The notes beneath the pieces were generated by a model, which saw nothing but the letters and a program-made list of their open reading frames with translations, searched no databases and was not told where the DNA came from. A DNA stretch of 35,681 nt from a virus, in UHGV virus genome UHGV-1359969, one strand, 5' to 3'. Made by a program: the position numbers and the translations under genes. Every line of letters starts with the position of its first letter. Positions within the stretch are counted from its first letter, which is position 1. Positions 18,929 through 28,716 of the stretch are shown here, one piece after another.

Positions 18929-20332
18929 TTACTCCGGCATTTCTGATACTGAGGTGGAAGAGTTATGCTGAGAATGGAACGAGCCATTCAGCCCCTGAAC
19001 CGGTGCACACTGCGCATACAGCTCTTTCAGCGGGTCGCCGTCCAGCGCATTCACAGCTGTTTCTGTGAAACCAAATTTGGCCTTAACTGCTTCACGCATG
19101 GCTGATTTTTCTTTGTCAGCGTTTGCATTTAACTGGCTTTTAAGTGCGCTGATTTCATCAGTGAGCGGCTTGAGTGCGGCATTCACTGCTGCGGTGACGT
19201 CATCTGTGTTAGTGGCCTTGTCTTTGGCCTCTTTCTCCGCTTTCTCACGCGCCGCTTTCTCTTCCGGCGTTTCTTCGCCGTTGGATTCATTGGCGATCAT
19301 CTGGTTGTACGCATCCATCAGATCAGCATCGGATTTTCCGTCTGTGTCGATGCCTTTTGCCTTCAGCGCGTTTGTGATGAGTTGTTTCATCGGGTCGTTT
19401 TCCTTATTGGTTTTTACTTCGTACTCTGTTGGCTTGCGCACAACTTCAATGGGCTCACCGACAAGATCAGCTTCGCCGTTGTCGTCAATGAGGTATTTTT
19501 GCTGGTAGGTTTTACCGGTTTTGTAGTAAATGAATTTGTCGGGCCAGACCATTTCCGGGTAAGGCCAGTCGTCACCTGATGATTGTTCTCTCAGGGCATC
19601 GCGCAGTGCTTTATAGATCTCCTCGAAAGAGAAATTTGAGCCGTTGGTGAAGAAGAACTTCGCTTTGTTGAAGATGCCGGATTCAGTGCAGTTTGCCGCA
19701 TCAATCAGGCTGACATTTTCGATATCGCATTTCTGCCCGTCAGCATTAACGAACATCCCGACACCGTCATCAGGTGTGGCCGCGCCGGGCTCACTCGCCG
19801 GAAGAATAGCGATGTGGTCAAAGTGCATGTTTCTGGCTACCCATGTATACGGCTTGCCCTTTGACTTGCCTTTGTTCTGCTCGCGCTGCAGCAGTAATCC
19901 AGTGGAGACGTGGATCGGGTCTGTGCTGTTACCGGCAATGATGTCATCCACACGGGCAAGGAACTCTTTCCCTTTCTCTGTGGCATCCGCGAAACGTCGG
20001 TTGACCTTCACGTCCATGACGACTCTTTCACCATCTTTGCGGACATTCTCAGCCCATGCGCCGATGTGAAACTGGTTTACTGCTCTCGGCGTGTCAGCCG
20101 ATACGTAATCTGTGCCGATTTTTGGGTGTCCATACGGGCACTGTTTCCCCTCCATCGACTGAAAGCTTTTGTTAATTTCGCTGGCCGGATATAGCCCACC
20201 GTTCATCACAACGTCATCAACGACAGGCACAACGCCGCGAATGACGATATGCTCGTCACCGTCGATAGTTTCAGTTGAGATATTGGAGGAGTTGATAGCC
20301 AGCGATTTAACATGAATACCCGAAAGCTTCAT
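18929..20332 (-). CDS. putative prohead protease / scaffolding protein
   Basis: 467 aa; globular N-terminal half and Lys/Glu/Ala-rich coiled-coil C-terminal half (EEKAAREKAEKEAKDK...), located between the head morphogenesis and capsid genes. Confidence 0.45.
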   Translation of the reverse strand: MKLSGIHVKSLAINSSNISTETIDGDEHIVIRGVVPVVDDVVMNGGLYPASEINKSFQSMEGKQCPYGHPKIGTDYVSADTPRAVNQFHIGAWAENVRKDGERVVMDVKVNRRFADATEKGKEFLARVDDIIAGNSTDPIHVSTGLLLQREQNKGKSKGKPYTWVARNMHFDHIAILPASEPGAATPDDGVGMFVNADGQKCDIENVSLIDAANCTESGIFNKAKFFFTNGSNFSFEEIYKALRDALREQSSGDDWPYPEMVWPDKFIYYKTGKTYQQKYLIDDNGEADLVGEPIEVVRKPTEYEVKTNKENDPMKQLITNALKAKGIDTDGKSDADLMDAYNQMIANESNGEETPEEKAAREKAEKEAKDKATNTDDVTAAVNAALKPLTDEISALKSQLNANADKEKSAMREAVKAKFGFTETAVNALDGDPLKELYAQCAPVQGLNGSFHSQHNSSTSVSEMPE

Positions 20333-20348
20333 GTGGTGGCCTCTTTGG

Positions 20349-21344
20349 TTATGAATCTTCGTCTGTTGACCAGGCTTTCCGCTCTGCTGTCAGCCGGTCA
20401 GTAATACCTTTGTTGTAAATCGTCCCGTCGTCATTCAGTAATACCGGCTGTGTCGCGCAGTAGCAGTTAAACCGGTTTCCGCCGTCGGCATAGAACGCTT
20501 CGACTTCTTCGACAGTGAATACCTTACCGTGTCGCGCCGCATGCCAGCTGCGCGTAGTCGGTTTCAGTGCAGATAACCACAACAGACCGGTACGTAACCC
20601 GAGCCGCTCACTCGCCCATGAGGTTTCATTCCAGTTTGCACGGCGTAACGCGCCTACCTGCTCTGTCTGAGCTATGCGTTTTGCGTTGCTCATTGAGACA
20701 TCCAGCCGCTGACTAACGATCCTGGCTGTTTCTTTCGGGTTGACGCCCCTGGCTATCGATGTGCCGATGATGTTCGACAGGTCGGCGCGCGCGGCATCAG
20801 AAATACCTTTCCAGTCACTGAATGTTGAGATAAACGCTGCGGCTATCTGGTTCTGGTATGCCGGTTGTGACATCAGATAAGTGAGTGTTGTCTGTGACGC
20901 ATACACCTCTGACTGCAGTGACAGATTGGTATACGCATTCAGTGTGCCGCGATCATACTCTGCTGCGACATGACTGAACGCCCACAGATTTTCATTGCCG
21001 CCATCAAGCAGATACTCATCCAGAATAGATTGCAGCCGTTCAAGGAAACGTGCGTACTCATCAGGCTGCTCAGCGAGGTCATACGAATAAACACCCGCGT
21101 TAACCATGATCAGCGAATCTGGTTCGTTCTGTGCGTTTTTAGCGAGGATGTAGCTGTAGAGTGAGTTCTGGTTTCGTTCTCTGCCGGTGAATGACAGATC
21201 GAACAGTTGGCGGAGTGATTTTTTCAGTCCGTGATACCGGTTTTCAATATCGCGGTACATCTTTCTGACAGGCTTTTCTGACTGTGTCGGGTCCGCCTTA
21301 TTCCTCGGTATTATCGGCGACCCTGTTCTCTGGTTCTTTATCAT
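20349..21344 (-). CDS. head morphogenesis protein (Mu F / SPP1 gp7-like)
   Basis: 331 aa ORF directly downstream of and overlapping the portal gene; assignment by synteny. Confidence 0.45.
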   Translation of the reverse strand: MIKNQRTGSPIIPRNKADPTQSEKPVRKMYRDIENRYHGLKKSLRQLFDLSFTGRERNQNSLYSYILAKNAQNEPDSLIMVNAGVYSYDLAEQPDEYARFLERLQSILDEYLLDGGNENLWAFSHVAAEYDRGTLNAYTNLSLQSEVYASQTTLTYLMSQPAYQNQIAAAFISTFSDWKGISDAARADLSNIIGTSIARGVNPKETARIVSQRLDVSMSNAKRIAQTEQVGALRRANWNETSWASERLGLRTGLLWLSALKPTTRSWHAARHGKVFTVEEVEAFYADGGNRFNCYCATQPVLLNDDGTIYNKGITDRLTAERKAWSTDEDS

Positions 21345-22734
21345 CAGTTAACGGGTCTCCTTTGGGGCCGGTTTCCGGTGGTGCATCCTCTTCGATTGGT
21401 TCAAGCTCACCAACTGCGCGGATTTCATTCGGGGTAAATATTGCCATACCGAATGCCTGTTGTGATTTCCACGCAGCATCTGCCATCTTGATCATGTTAT
21501 CGATTTTGTCAGCTTCACTCGGTGCCAGCATGTCAGACCATGCCAGGGTGATATCACCTGACTCTGGTTGCGAAATAACGCCAAGAGTACACAGGCGACC
21601 GATGATTTCAGTAACATACTTTGTCTGAAATCCCCAACGGCGACCATTCAGGCGCTTACCATATGCCGCACCATCTTTATCCCCAGCCAGTACGCCGGTT
21701 TGCGTTCCGAGAAACTCAGAAAAAGGGATGCGTATTGTGGTCAGAAATTCACGAACTGCTACTTCCCATGATGGATTAGGATCAGCAGCAGCAACAGAGA
21801 GCACATTCATGCGCCCGGCCTGCATTACCGCCGCTGAATCCGTACCACGATTGAGTTTGTCGACTTTATCAGCCATTGCTGCGCCTATGTCGTCATACCC
21901 CGCTTCCTTTGCTGCTTGTGCAATGTTGCTCATATCGGTAGTAGCATCGAACTCAACAGCAATCTGACGACTGGCGTTTTTCAGGAATCCCTCAGCGCTG
22001 CCACCGGAAATCTTTTCGATATCCAGCAGTTTGTTGAATCCGGCCTTCAGTAGCGGGATGCCAGAAAACATATAATCATCATCTGCGCCCTCGCACAGAA
22101 TGATCACCCGGTCTGGATGTATTTTCTTTTGCTTTATCGGACCGTGAATCTGGTGCCCGACAGGTCGCTCATCAAAATCGTAATATTTCGGCTTACCGTA
22201 GTTCTCGGATGATATATCCGTTTCCCATTCAGTTACTTTTAACTGCGGCTCCCATAACGGGATCAGGTTAACCAGCGCCTTTTCACCAAGTCGCTTAACC
22301 TCGGTGATATCTACCGGCTCACTCCAGTCTGCGCCGTCTTTTAACTGGATAACCAATGCCGAGTAGTGACCGACCATATTGCGCCGGTCTGCATCCTTAA
22401 TTCGCGGCCAGAATCTTTTCAGTAACTTGGTAACCGAGGATTCCCACTGCGTTGTCTCCTTGTTTTCTTTCGATTCATCACCATCAATGATGGTCGGATT
22501 ATCCTGCCAACAATCATCCAGCAAGCGATGAACTGCTGCATGTGCAACTGCGTTACGCTCATAGGCATTGTAGTAATCAGTGAATGACAGTTCTGCCGGA
22601 TATCCGAACTCCTGATAGAGCGTCGTTCTTTTCGTGTTGCTGGAAATTCCGCCTGATGCATACAAAGCCCGTTGCACCGCCATATTGGCGACACTGTTCA
22701 CGAGCAATTCCAGCCCTTCATTTTTTGTTGTCAC
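21298..22734 (-). CDS. portal protein
   Basis: 478 aa ORF immediately downstream of the terminase large subunit, acidic C-terminus; size and synteny. Confidence 0.65.
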   Translation of the reverse strand: MTTKNEGLELLVNSVANMAVQRALYASGGISSNTKRTTLYQEFGYPAELSFTDYYNAYERNAVAHAAVHRLLDDCWQDNPTIIDGDESKENKETTQWESSVTKLLKRFWPRIKDADRRNMVGHYSALVIQLKDGADWSEPVDITEVKRLGEKALVNLIPLWEPQLKVTEWETDISSENYGKPKYYDFDERPVGHQIHGPIKQKKIHPDRVIILCEGADDDYMFSGIPLLKAGFNKLLDIEKISGGSAEGFLKNASRQIAVEFDATTDMSNIAQAAKEAGYDDIGAAMADKVDKLNRGTDSAAVMQAGRMNVLSVAAADPNPSWEVAVREFLTTIRIPFSEFLGTQTGVLAGDKDGAAYGKRLNGRRWGFQTKYVTEIIGRLCTLGVISQPESGDITLAWSDMLAPSEADKIDNMIKMADAAWKSQQAFGMAIFTPNEIRAVGELEPIEEDAPPETGPKGDPLTDDKEPENRVADNTEE

Positions 22735-22745
22735 TGAAATTCCTC

Positions 22746-24038
22746 TTAGAAGTAGAATTGTGCCGGGCGCTTAATGATCGGGAACTGCTTCACGATGTAA
22801 TAACCGCCTGCATCGTTGGGGTGATCGTTATCAGCAGATTTATCAGGCTCTCCATTCGGAGCCCATACCTGCTGCTCAAGCGACTCCGTGTAGACTGGGC
22901 AACGCTTAACATTCACCTTATACCGCCGGTCACCGTTTGCATTACAGAACATGGCGTTCATTGAGTTAATTCTGTCTTTAACCGGTGGGTTTGACGCATT
23001 GACGACCACGTTAAATCCGGCTTGCCGAAGCTGAGCCAGATCTGTTGCACTGGCGTTATTGGATTTTCTGGATTCACCAGACGCATCAGGGTAGATGTAA
23101 ATTTCACGTACCTTTTGATAATCACCATCTGCATACAGCCAGAACCGCTCTTTGATAATGCGGATCATATCCGGTGTATCGTAGGCGTTAATGATTTCTG
23201 TTACCGCGTGAGGCAATCCAAGGCGCAGCACATGAACCACACCAGCCATTTTTCCAACGTTAAAGTCCATCCCGATATACAGCGGTTCCCCTGGCTGCTC
23301 TTCTTCCTCGCTGTTATTCAGCCGGCGGTCAAAGGTGTGATAGATGGTGCCGCTGGTCAGGTTTGTGAATTGTCCGCGCAGATATGCTTTGATTAGCTCT
23401 GGCGGGTAAGAGTCCATCAGTGACGGAATGTAATCCGCTGGCAGATTCTTTTCATTGTCGAACGTTGAAGCCTGCACCAGACCGTAGATCATTGTCAGTT
23501 CAGGTTTATCGCGTACAGCTTTCACGAACTGCTGATAAACGAACTTAAACCCTTCCGGCGTGGTGGTGACATCAATGCCATTGCGCAGTCCGTCAACCTT
23601 ATAGCGCATACGGGCAATGATTTTACGCCATGCTTTTTGAGCCTTATCCGCTTTCATGACATCAAGCTCATCAATCAGCGCATTACCAATCTTGAATCCG
23701 ACTATTGTTTCCGGCTTCTCCATCGATCTGCAGATTGTTGTGCCGCGATACCGCTTACCTTCGTAAAAGTGAACCTCTTTATTGCTTTCGTTCACCTTTA
23801 CTTTCAGGCCCCAATCGAAAGCGACTTCTTCGACCGTGGGATAGAAAATGTCTCTGATCTGCGGATATGTTGGCGCGAAGTATCCCTGGTTAATTCTCGG
23901 ATGCTCCCACATGCCTTTACAGATGCCGCCGCACCCAACCCACGTCTTCCCTGAGCCGAACCCGGCAACATATGCCCTGAATTTATTCGGCATAGCCAGA
24001 AATCGTGACTGAGGGATATTAAGGGTCGGCGCTATCAT
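22746..24038 (-). CDS. terminase large subunit
   Basis: 430 aa; N-terminal Walker A-like motif VAGFGSGKT; acidic nuclease-like C-terminal half; follows the small subunit gene with overlapping start. Confidence 0.8.
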   Translation of the reverse strand: MIAPTLNIPQSRFLAMPNKFRAYVAGFGSGKTWVGCGGICKGMWEHPRINQGYFAPTYPQIRDIFYPTVEEVAFDWGLKVKVNESNKEVHFYEGKRYRGTTICRSMEKPETIVGFKIGNALIDELDVMKADKAQKAWRKIIARMRYKVDGLRNGIDVTTTPEGFKFVYQQFVKAVRDKPELTMIYGLVQASTFDNEKNLPADYIPSLMDSYPPELIKAYLRGQFTNLTSGTIYHTFDRRLNNSEEEEQPGEPLYIGMDFNVGKMAGVVHVLRLGLPHAVTEIINAYDTPDMIRIIKERFWLYADGDYQKVREIYIYPDASGESRKSNNASATDLAQLRQAGFNVVVNASNPPVKDRINSMNAMFCNANGDRRYKVNVKRCPVYTESLEQQVWAPNGEPDKSADNDHPNDAGGYYIVKQFPIIKRPAQFYF

Positions 24039-24735
24039 CTTCTCTGACCCTCGCGTCTACAACGTTGATGTTTATTGCAACCGGTGTCGGTGTGTCGTTC
24101 TCATCATCTTCAGCCAGCTCTCGGCCAAGCTTGTCCGATTCAAGATTGACCTTGTTCGTTGCTGCTTTGCGGTAATTAGTGTCCGCAATAATTTTAAGCA
24201 AACTTTCTTTATCCAGACCAAGCGTTGATATAGTCCGCTCCAGTGACTCTATCCGGGCAATATTCCGGTCTAATGCCTGCTCCGTATTAACCAGTTGCCG
24301 CGCTATTTCGCTGCGCACTTCGGCCTCTTCCGCCGACTCAAAGTCAGTGCGCAATTTGCCAAGAACCTTTGTTACTGAAAGCGTCCTCGCGCGGATAAAA
24401 AGTAACTCCTGAATTAAATCCAGCCCAGCGGCATCCTCAAATAACTCGTCAGAGTCAGGCATGTACTTTGAATACCCTGAATGCTTAACTGCGGCTCTGT
24501 TACCGGGCGCAAACGGAGGATGATTTGTTACTTTGCGCTTTTGCGCATTGCGCACTGGTCGGGTTTCGGTTTGCGCACTTTGCGCACCTTTCTGCGCAGT
24601 TGGTTTTTTGATATGCCTGCGAGCGGTTGCGTAATTCAACTCCTTAGACTCACACCACTCTTTCGGTGATATCCCTGTAGCGGCATGGTCAGACAGGAAC
24701 TGTTTTTGTAGCTCGCTCCAGTCCGGCCTAGCCAT
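24019..24735 (-). CDS. terminase small subunit
   Basis: 238 aa; basic N-terminal region with helix-turn-helix character, C-terminal coiled coil; directly upstream of the large subunit gene; contains the TGCGCA repeat cluster. Confidence 0.55.
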   Translation of the reverse strand: MARPDWSELQKQFLSDHAATGISPKEWCESKELNYATARRHIKKPTAQKGAQSAQTETRPVRNAQKRKVTNHPPFAPGNRAAVKHSGYSKYMPDSDELFEDAAGLDLIQELLFIRARTLSVTKVLGKLRTDFESAEEAEVRSEIARQLVNTEQALDRNIARIESLERTISTLGLDKESLLKIIADTNYRKAATNKVNLESDKLGRELAEDDENDTPTPVAININVVDARVREDDSADP

Positions 24736-24737
24736 AA

Positions 24738-24935
24738 TTATTCCTTACCCTTTTCCTCAACAACCGGAATGTATCTGATGTCGCTGATTTCATCCGGTGC
24801 GATATATGTCCATGAGCCGTCCAGACCGGCAATACCAATCAGTCCGTTAGTAATGCGTGGCTCTTTTGTTGTCATCAATCCGTGATATGTCGTGCCGTCC
24901 TTTTTGGTTGCTGTGACTTCGTATTTTTCAGTCAT
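24738..24935 (-). CDS. hypothetical protein
   Basis: 65 aa ORF 2 nt upstream of the terminase small subunit gene. Confidence 0.4.
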   Translation of the reverse strand: MTEKYEVTATKKDGTTYHGLMTTKEPRITNGLIGIAGLDGSWTYIAPDEISDIRYIPVVEEKGKE

Positions 24936-25107
24936 GTCCGCCTCAGTTGATTGATGTTCACCATTTCTTCCACCACGGCAGGTGTCGCCGCATATGAGGG
25001 TGTCTTTATCCCGGTGTTACCGATTATTCTGGGTATCCACACGCTCGCCGTGAGGAGTGGCACAGGTCGTGGCTAATGTGGCAGAGGAGATCGGCGGCTC
25101 GGAGGTA

Positions 25108-25130
25108 ATAAAAAAGACCGCTGGGCGGTC
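25108..25130 (-). terminator. hairpin plus T-run on minus strand
   Basis: GACCGC-tgg-GCGGTC stem followed on the minus strand by TTTTTT, downstream of the KilA-N gene. Confidence 0.45.
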
Positions 25131-25188
25131 TATTCCGTTGACGATTGTTTTTTCTTTGACGAGGCTCCGCATTCGGAGCTTCATCATA

Positions 25189-25731
25189 TTACTGGTGCGC
25201 CTCCATCAGCGAAACCATATCAGGGTCCATCTGTGCAATGATGTTTGCTCTGGTGTCAGTCAGCGACTTCTTACGCCCGCCAACACCCCAGCTATTCATT
25301 CTGCGGGCGCAGTGGCTAATCTCCTGCTTTTCAGTAGCAATCAGCAGATCAAGGCGGTTAAGCATGGTCATGTTCGACAGGCCGTTAAGCGTCGCTTCGC
25401 GGAATGTCTCGTATACGCTGATTTCAAACTCAGGCTTAATCCATGCCGCATAGCGTATCGCCAATAATTCAGCAGCCCATACGCCTTGCTCATTACCGCC
25501 GTTAACTACCTTAAGTGATTGATTTCCTTTCAGAGGACTTTTTTGTCCTCTGGCGTCAAGAGCAGAAACAAAGCGCTTAACTCCGGCGCTACGGATAAAC
25601 TTACCCGGCCTTTGTGACTCGCTGGCCTCGCCTTTGAGAACTGCCGCCGCATGTAAATCATTCAGGCTGTAACGTCCTTCGCTATCAACACGAACGAACA
25701 CGCCGTTAACAATAACTTTTGGATATTGCAT
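25189..25731 (-). CDS. KilA-N domain protein
   Basis: N-terminus MQYPKVIVNGVFVRVDSEGRYSLNDLHAAAV... fits the KilA-N DNA-binding fold pattern; start taken at the internal Met (ORF track 25767). Confidence 0.5.
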   Translation of the reverse strand: MQYPKVIVNGVFVRVDSEGRYSLNDLHAAAVLKGEASESQRPGKFIRSAGVKRFVSALDARGQKSPLKGNQSLKVVNGGNEQGVWAAELLAIRYAAWIKPEFEISVYETFREATLNGLSNMTMLNRLDLLIATEKQEISHCARRMNSWGVGGRKKSLTDTRANIIAQMDPDMVSLMEAHQ

Positions 25732-25923
25732 GATGTCTACCTTACTTAGTAATGAATCCTGCCACATAGGAGATCAGCCCACCAAAGCGACATCAGCTAT
25801 AACTGATCGCCTCAGGACTCATTCCTAAATATTGGCTTGGTGTTTAAAGATGTGTGCATGTGGTGCACAGGGTGAAATGCGGGATTCGTAAAAAAGCCCC
25901 TGAATAATCAGAGGCCCGTTGTG

Positions 25924-26082
25924 TCACTTTTTCAGGTCATCCAGCCGCTTCTGCAATCTTGCGTTTGCGTCCTGCATCTGCTTAATGACCCGCTCTGCTT
26001 CCTTTGCGTGTTTGCGGTAAACCAGTGCACCGGCAATAAAGCCAGCCACTGCAGTGATGATGGGGATGATAATTTCTGTCAT
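25924..26082 (-). CDS. small membrane-anchored protein (52 aa, not in ORF track)
   Basis: MTEIIIPIITAVAGFIAGALVYRKHAKEAERVIKQMQDANARLQKRLDDLKK; N-terminal TM helix and basic coiled coil; GGAG RBS about 10 nt upstream. Confidence 0.35.
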   Translation of the reverse strand: MTEIIIPIITAVAGFIAGALVYRKHAKEAERVIKQMQDANARLQKRLDDLKK

Positions 26083-26109
26083 TTTCTTCTCCAGTAAAAG
26101 CCCCGCTAT

Positions 26110-26304
26110 TTAGCGAGGCGTTGCTTGTTCGTACAGTGATACCATTCGCTTTGTGGCTTCGGTTATCTGCTCTCCGTACCACTTGTGCTCATCTTTCGGT
26201 GCCCTTCTGTCTCGAGATAAAAGCTCTCGCCGGTTGATTGCGTAGTTGTGCGCCAGCCGTAATATTTCGCACTGAACAATCGGATCTAAATCGCCAATAT
26301 TCAT
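26110..26304 (-). CDS. hypothetical protein
   Basis: 64 aa ORF directly downstream of Rz1. Confidence 0.35.
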   Translation of the reverse strand: MNIGDLDPIVQCEILRLAHNYAINRRELLSRDRRAPKDEHKWYGEQITEATKRMVSLYEQATPR

Positions 26305-26558
26305 TTCACCACCTGCCTTTGTTGTTCTATCTCCCGTATTGCCCGCTTATCGTGATTGCATGCTTTAATCACTGACATCAGCTCGATGTTGTATTCCGCT
26401 ATATCTCCCCACGTCATTTTGTCGGGAATATCCGGCATCGGGCAGTCAGCTATCAGGATTGCAGGGATTGGAACGTGAGGTGCTGATACATACTCAGTTT
26501 TTGTACTGCCGCATCCGGTCAATGAGAGCACCAGGAGCATCAGCGGAAGCACAGTCAT
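26301..26558 (-). CDS. o-spanin (Rz1-like outer-membrane lipoprotein), overlapped architecture
   Basis: From internal Met: MTVLPLMLLVLSLTGC... signal peptide with lipobox LTGC, Pro-rich mature part; starts inside the 3' end of the Rz-like gene in another frame. Confidence 0.6.
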   Translation of the reverse strand: MTVLPLMLLVLSLTGCGSTKTEYVSAPHVPIPAILIADCPMPDIPDKMTWGDIAEYNIELMSVIKACNHDKRAIREIEQQRQVVK

Positions 26559-26826
26559 TACCCACAAGAATAACTTTGACGTCTTTCTTGGCAGTCTGTG
26601 CGTCCAGTGTGTTTTTCCGCTTGGCATCTATGGTTTCTCCAGAGATACGGTGAAAGGTAGCGACTGCGGTTAATGTGGTGGTATTAATCACCTGCTGGGC
26701 TGACAGTTTTTCAGATAGTGAATCGCGCTCACTTTTCAGCTTATCGATGCGGGTTGCCTGCCAGCCAAAACCGACAGCAATCATCATGGCAATCACCGCC
26801 ACTACCGCCCACTCACCAAGTTTCAC
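26494..26826 (-). CDS. i-spanin (Rz-like)
   Basis: 110 aa; N-terminal TM segment WAVVAVIAMMIAVGFGW then coiled-coil periplasmic domain; GTG start overlapping the upstream stop. Confidence 0.6.
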   Translation of the reverse strand: MKLGEWAVVAVIAMMIAVGFGWQATRIDKLKSERDSLSEKLSAQQVINTTTLTAVATFHRISGETIDAKRKNTLDAQTAKKDVKVILVGNDCASADAPGALIDRMRQYKN

Positions 26827-26993
26827 AGCAGCCCCCGTGGGTTCTCACACTCATAATGGATCACACCGTCCAGCGGGTTACCCGGCAGTGGCTTACAGTG
26901 AGTATCGAGTGAATACAGATAACAGCCCGCCAGCAGGCAGGCCGTCAGCAGGATGATAGCAATGATGATCAGCATTAAAGGGTTCCGTGGCAT
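26823..26993 (-). CDS. small hydrophobic lipoprotein-like ORF (56 aa, not in ORF track)
   Basis: [29 protein letters not shown]...; start overlaps the endolysin 3' end, stop overlaps the Rz GTG (GTGA). Confidence 0.3.
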   Translation of the reverse strand: MPRNPLMLIIIAIILLTACLLAGCYLYSLDTHCKPLPGNPLDGVIHYECENPRGLL

Positions 26994-27451
26994 ACCGCTT
27001 TCTCCGTTTCGCGCCGGTTAATCAAACCCTGCCACTGCTTACCACCAGCAAATGTCCAGCGTTTCATTTCGTCACACGCCCCGGAGATATCACCGGCATT
27101 GAGCTTGCGCAGCATAGTGGAGCGCGAGAACGCGCCGGGGCCGACGTTGTAGACAAATGAATAGATGGCCGCCCGGGTATTGTCATCAATCGGCACTTTG
27201 ATCATCGGGTCAACCGCGCGCCGGACTTTCGTCAGATCGTCGTGCAGCAGCGCCTTACATTCAGCGTCCGTGTACAGCTTGCCGGGCTGAATATCACTGC
27301 CGGTATGGCCGTAACATACAGTGAGCACCCCGGCCACATCACGGTAAGGTTTGTACTCAACCCCCTCATACGCGGGGATCAGCACCAGCGCCCCGGCAAT
27401 AACACCGGCAGAACAGGCGGCCATGACTTGTTTAAATAATCGGTTATTCAT
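26975..27451 (-). CDS. SAR endolysin (phage lysozyme, T4/21-type muramidase)
   Basis: 158 aa; weakly hydrophobic Gly/Ala-rich N-terminal SAR segment ([19 protein letters not shown]) followed by E-x8-D-x5-T catalytic triad ([16 protein letters not shown]); start overlaps the holin stop. Confidence 0.85.
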   Translation of the reverse strand: MNNRLFKQVMAACSAGVIAGALVLIPAYEGVEYKPYRDVAGVLTVCYGHTGSDIQPGKLYTDAECKALLHDDLTKVRRAVDPMIKVPIDDNTRAAIYSFVYNVGPGAFSRSTMLRKLNAGDISGACDEMKRWTFAGGKQWQGLINRRETEKAVCHGTL

Positions 27452-27636
27452 GATTCCCCACCCGTTTTACGCAGGAACTCTTTACGCTTGTAATACCAAT
27501 TGACGGCAAATGTCCCGACAGTGCAGATAATGCCGATAAGTACCGCCCACTGATCCAGCGACATAACACCGAAGGTGGCAGCAATGAACCCCCACGCATA
27601 AGCAAAGGGGCTTGAGTATTTTTCTGTCATACGCAT
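27448..27636 (-). CDS. holin (class II / pinholin-like)
   Basis: 62 aa; two TM segments and a basic C-terminus (KRKEFLRK); immediately upstream of the SAR endolysin. Confidence 0.65.
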   Translation of the reverse strand: MRMTEKYSSPFAYAWGFIAATFGVMSLDQWAVLIGIICTVGTFAVNWYYKRKEFLRKTGGES

Positions 27637-27733
27637 GGCTCACCCCCTTCCGGAGGATTTAGTTAATAGGGTGCCGCGCACAGTATCTCTGCGCTGATTA
27701 CGTTTGTTTGTTCAGGATTCTGTGGCGGCGTAT

Positions 27734-27809
27734 TGGTGCCCCGAGGCCGGATTCGAACCGACAACCCATCGGTTATGAGCCGAGCGCTCTACCGTTGGGC
27801 TACTGGGGC
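27734..27809 (-). tRNA. phage-encoded tRNA, anticodon CAU (Met or Ile2 type)
   Basis: Reverse complement GCCCCAGTAGCCCAACGGTAGAGCGCTCGGCTCATAACCGATGGGTTGTCGGTTCGAATCCGGCCTCGGGGCACCA: T-loop TTCGAAT, D-loop GG, anticodon loop CUCAUAA, 3' CCA. The fold has one acceptor mismatch and one extra nt between T-stem and acceptor, so isotype and exact ends need tRNAscan-SE. Confidence 0.6.
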
Positions 27810-27970
27810 GTATATGAAAAAAGGCCGCACAGGGCGACCTTTGGAATCAGTTGTTCGGAATAACCGAACATGTGAACTATCCGGAAATTCCGGAGAGTTG
27901 CGGTTGATATTTATTAATCCTGATGCAGACTGATATATTTAACTATAAAAATAAAGTGGGACTTTAAAAA

Positions 27971-28483
27971 GTGGAAAACCTCATCAAAGCTTTAGATATG
28001 TCCATAAAAACAAAAAATTGGCACTCTGTTTTATTTATATCACTAGCACTTCCAGATATATGCGGAAAAATAGATGAGCCCAATAAGGGCTCAAAAGCAA
28101 GGACGATAAACTGGTTCAATAAATATCTTAAGCCCATTTATAGTATGGGTGAAGGTGAAGATATACACATTTTCCTGAGTGGAGCCGATTTTTACGCCCT
28201 GCGTTGTTCATGCTTACATGAAGGCAGTAGTGACATAACATCACAAAAAGCAAGAGAGACGCTGGATAGATTTTCTTTTATCGAACCAGCAGGCGACATG
28301 ATAATTCACAGGATTCAAGTAAATAACTCACTTCACCTTCAAGTAGACCAATTTGGGGAAGATGTTCTTGTCGCAGTAAAGAACTGGCTAAATGATATTT
28401 CTAATGACAAAGAAAAAATAAGCAAAATGGAGAACATGCTTCACATGAGGGTCTTAGACCCTTCGAAGGACTTCTTTATATAA
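27971..28483 (+). CDS. hypothetical protein, AT-rich moron in Q-lysis interval (possible HEPN-like Rx4H motif)
   Basis: 170 aa on the strand opposite to the late operon; strongly AT-rich; contains LRCSCLHEG (R-x4-H); start codon uncertain (GTG 27971 or ATG 27998). Confidence 0.5.
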   Translation: MENLIKALDMSIKTKNWHSVLFISLALPDICGKIDEPNKGSKARTINWFNKYLKPIYSMGEGEDIHIFLSGADFYALRCSCLHEGSSDITSQKARETLDRFSFIEPAGDMIIHRIQVNNSLHLQVDQFGEDVLVAVKNWLNDISNDKEKISKMENMLHMRVLDPSKDFFI

Positions 28484-28716
28484 CAAATTCATGTACACTC
28501 CACAAATAACATCAATCATGACCAGTTTAAAAAACTCACCTACCTCACTCCCCCACCACACCAGAGCCTGGGGGACTACGAGACCTATAAGGTTTCCGCT
28601 ATCAGCTTCATCAGTCGTAGTGTGCTCTGGCTTGGGCACCTACTTGGTAGGCATTGGTGCCGTATGACCTTTAAAATTAGTTGAACCTGTAAGTAACTCT
28701 TACAAGTTGCAGATAT

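Noticed and set aside
2473-24669. Numerous plus-strand ORFs of 60-150 aa lying inside minus-strand structural genes (for example 2473..2865, 8430..8798, 17612..18055, 19644..20069, 23022..23396)
   Set aside because: They are antisense to long, well-supported genes, lack RBSs and have low-complexity composition; treated as frame artefacts.
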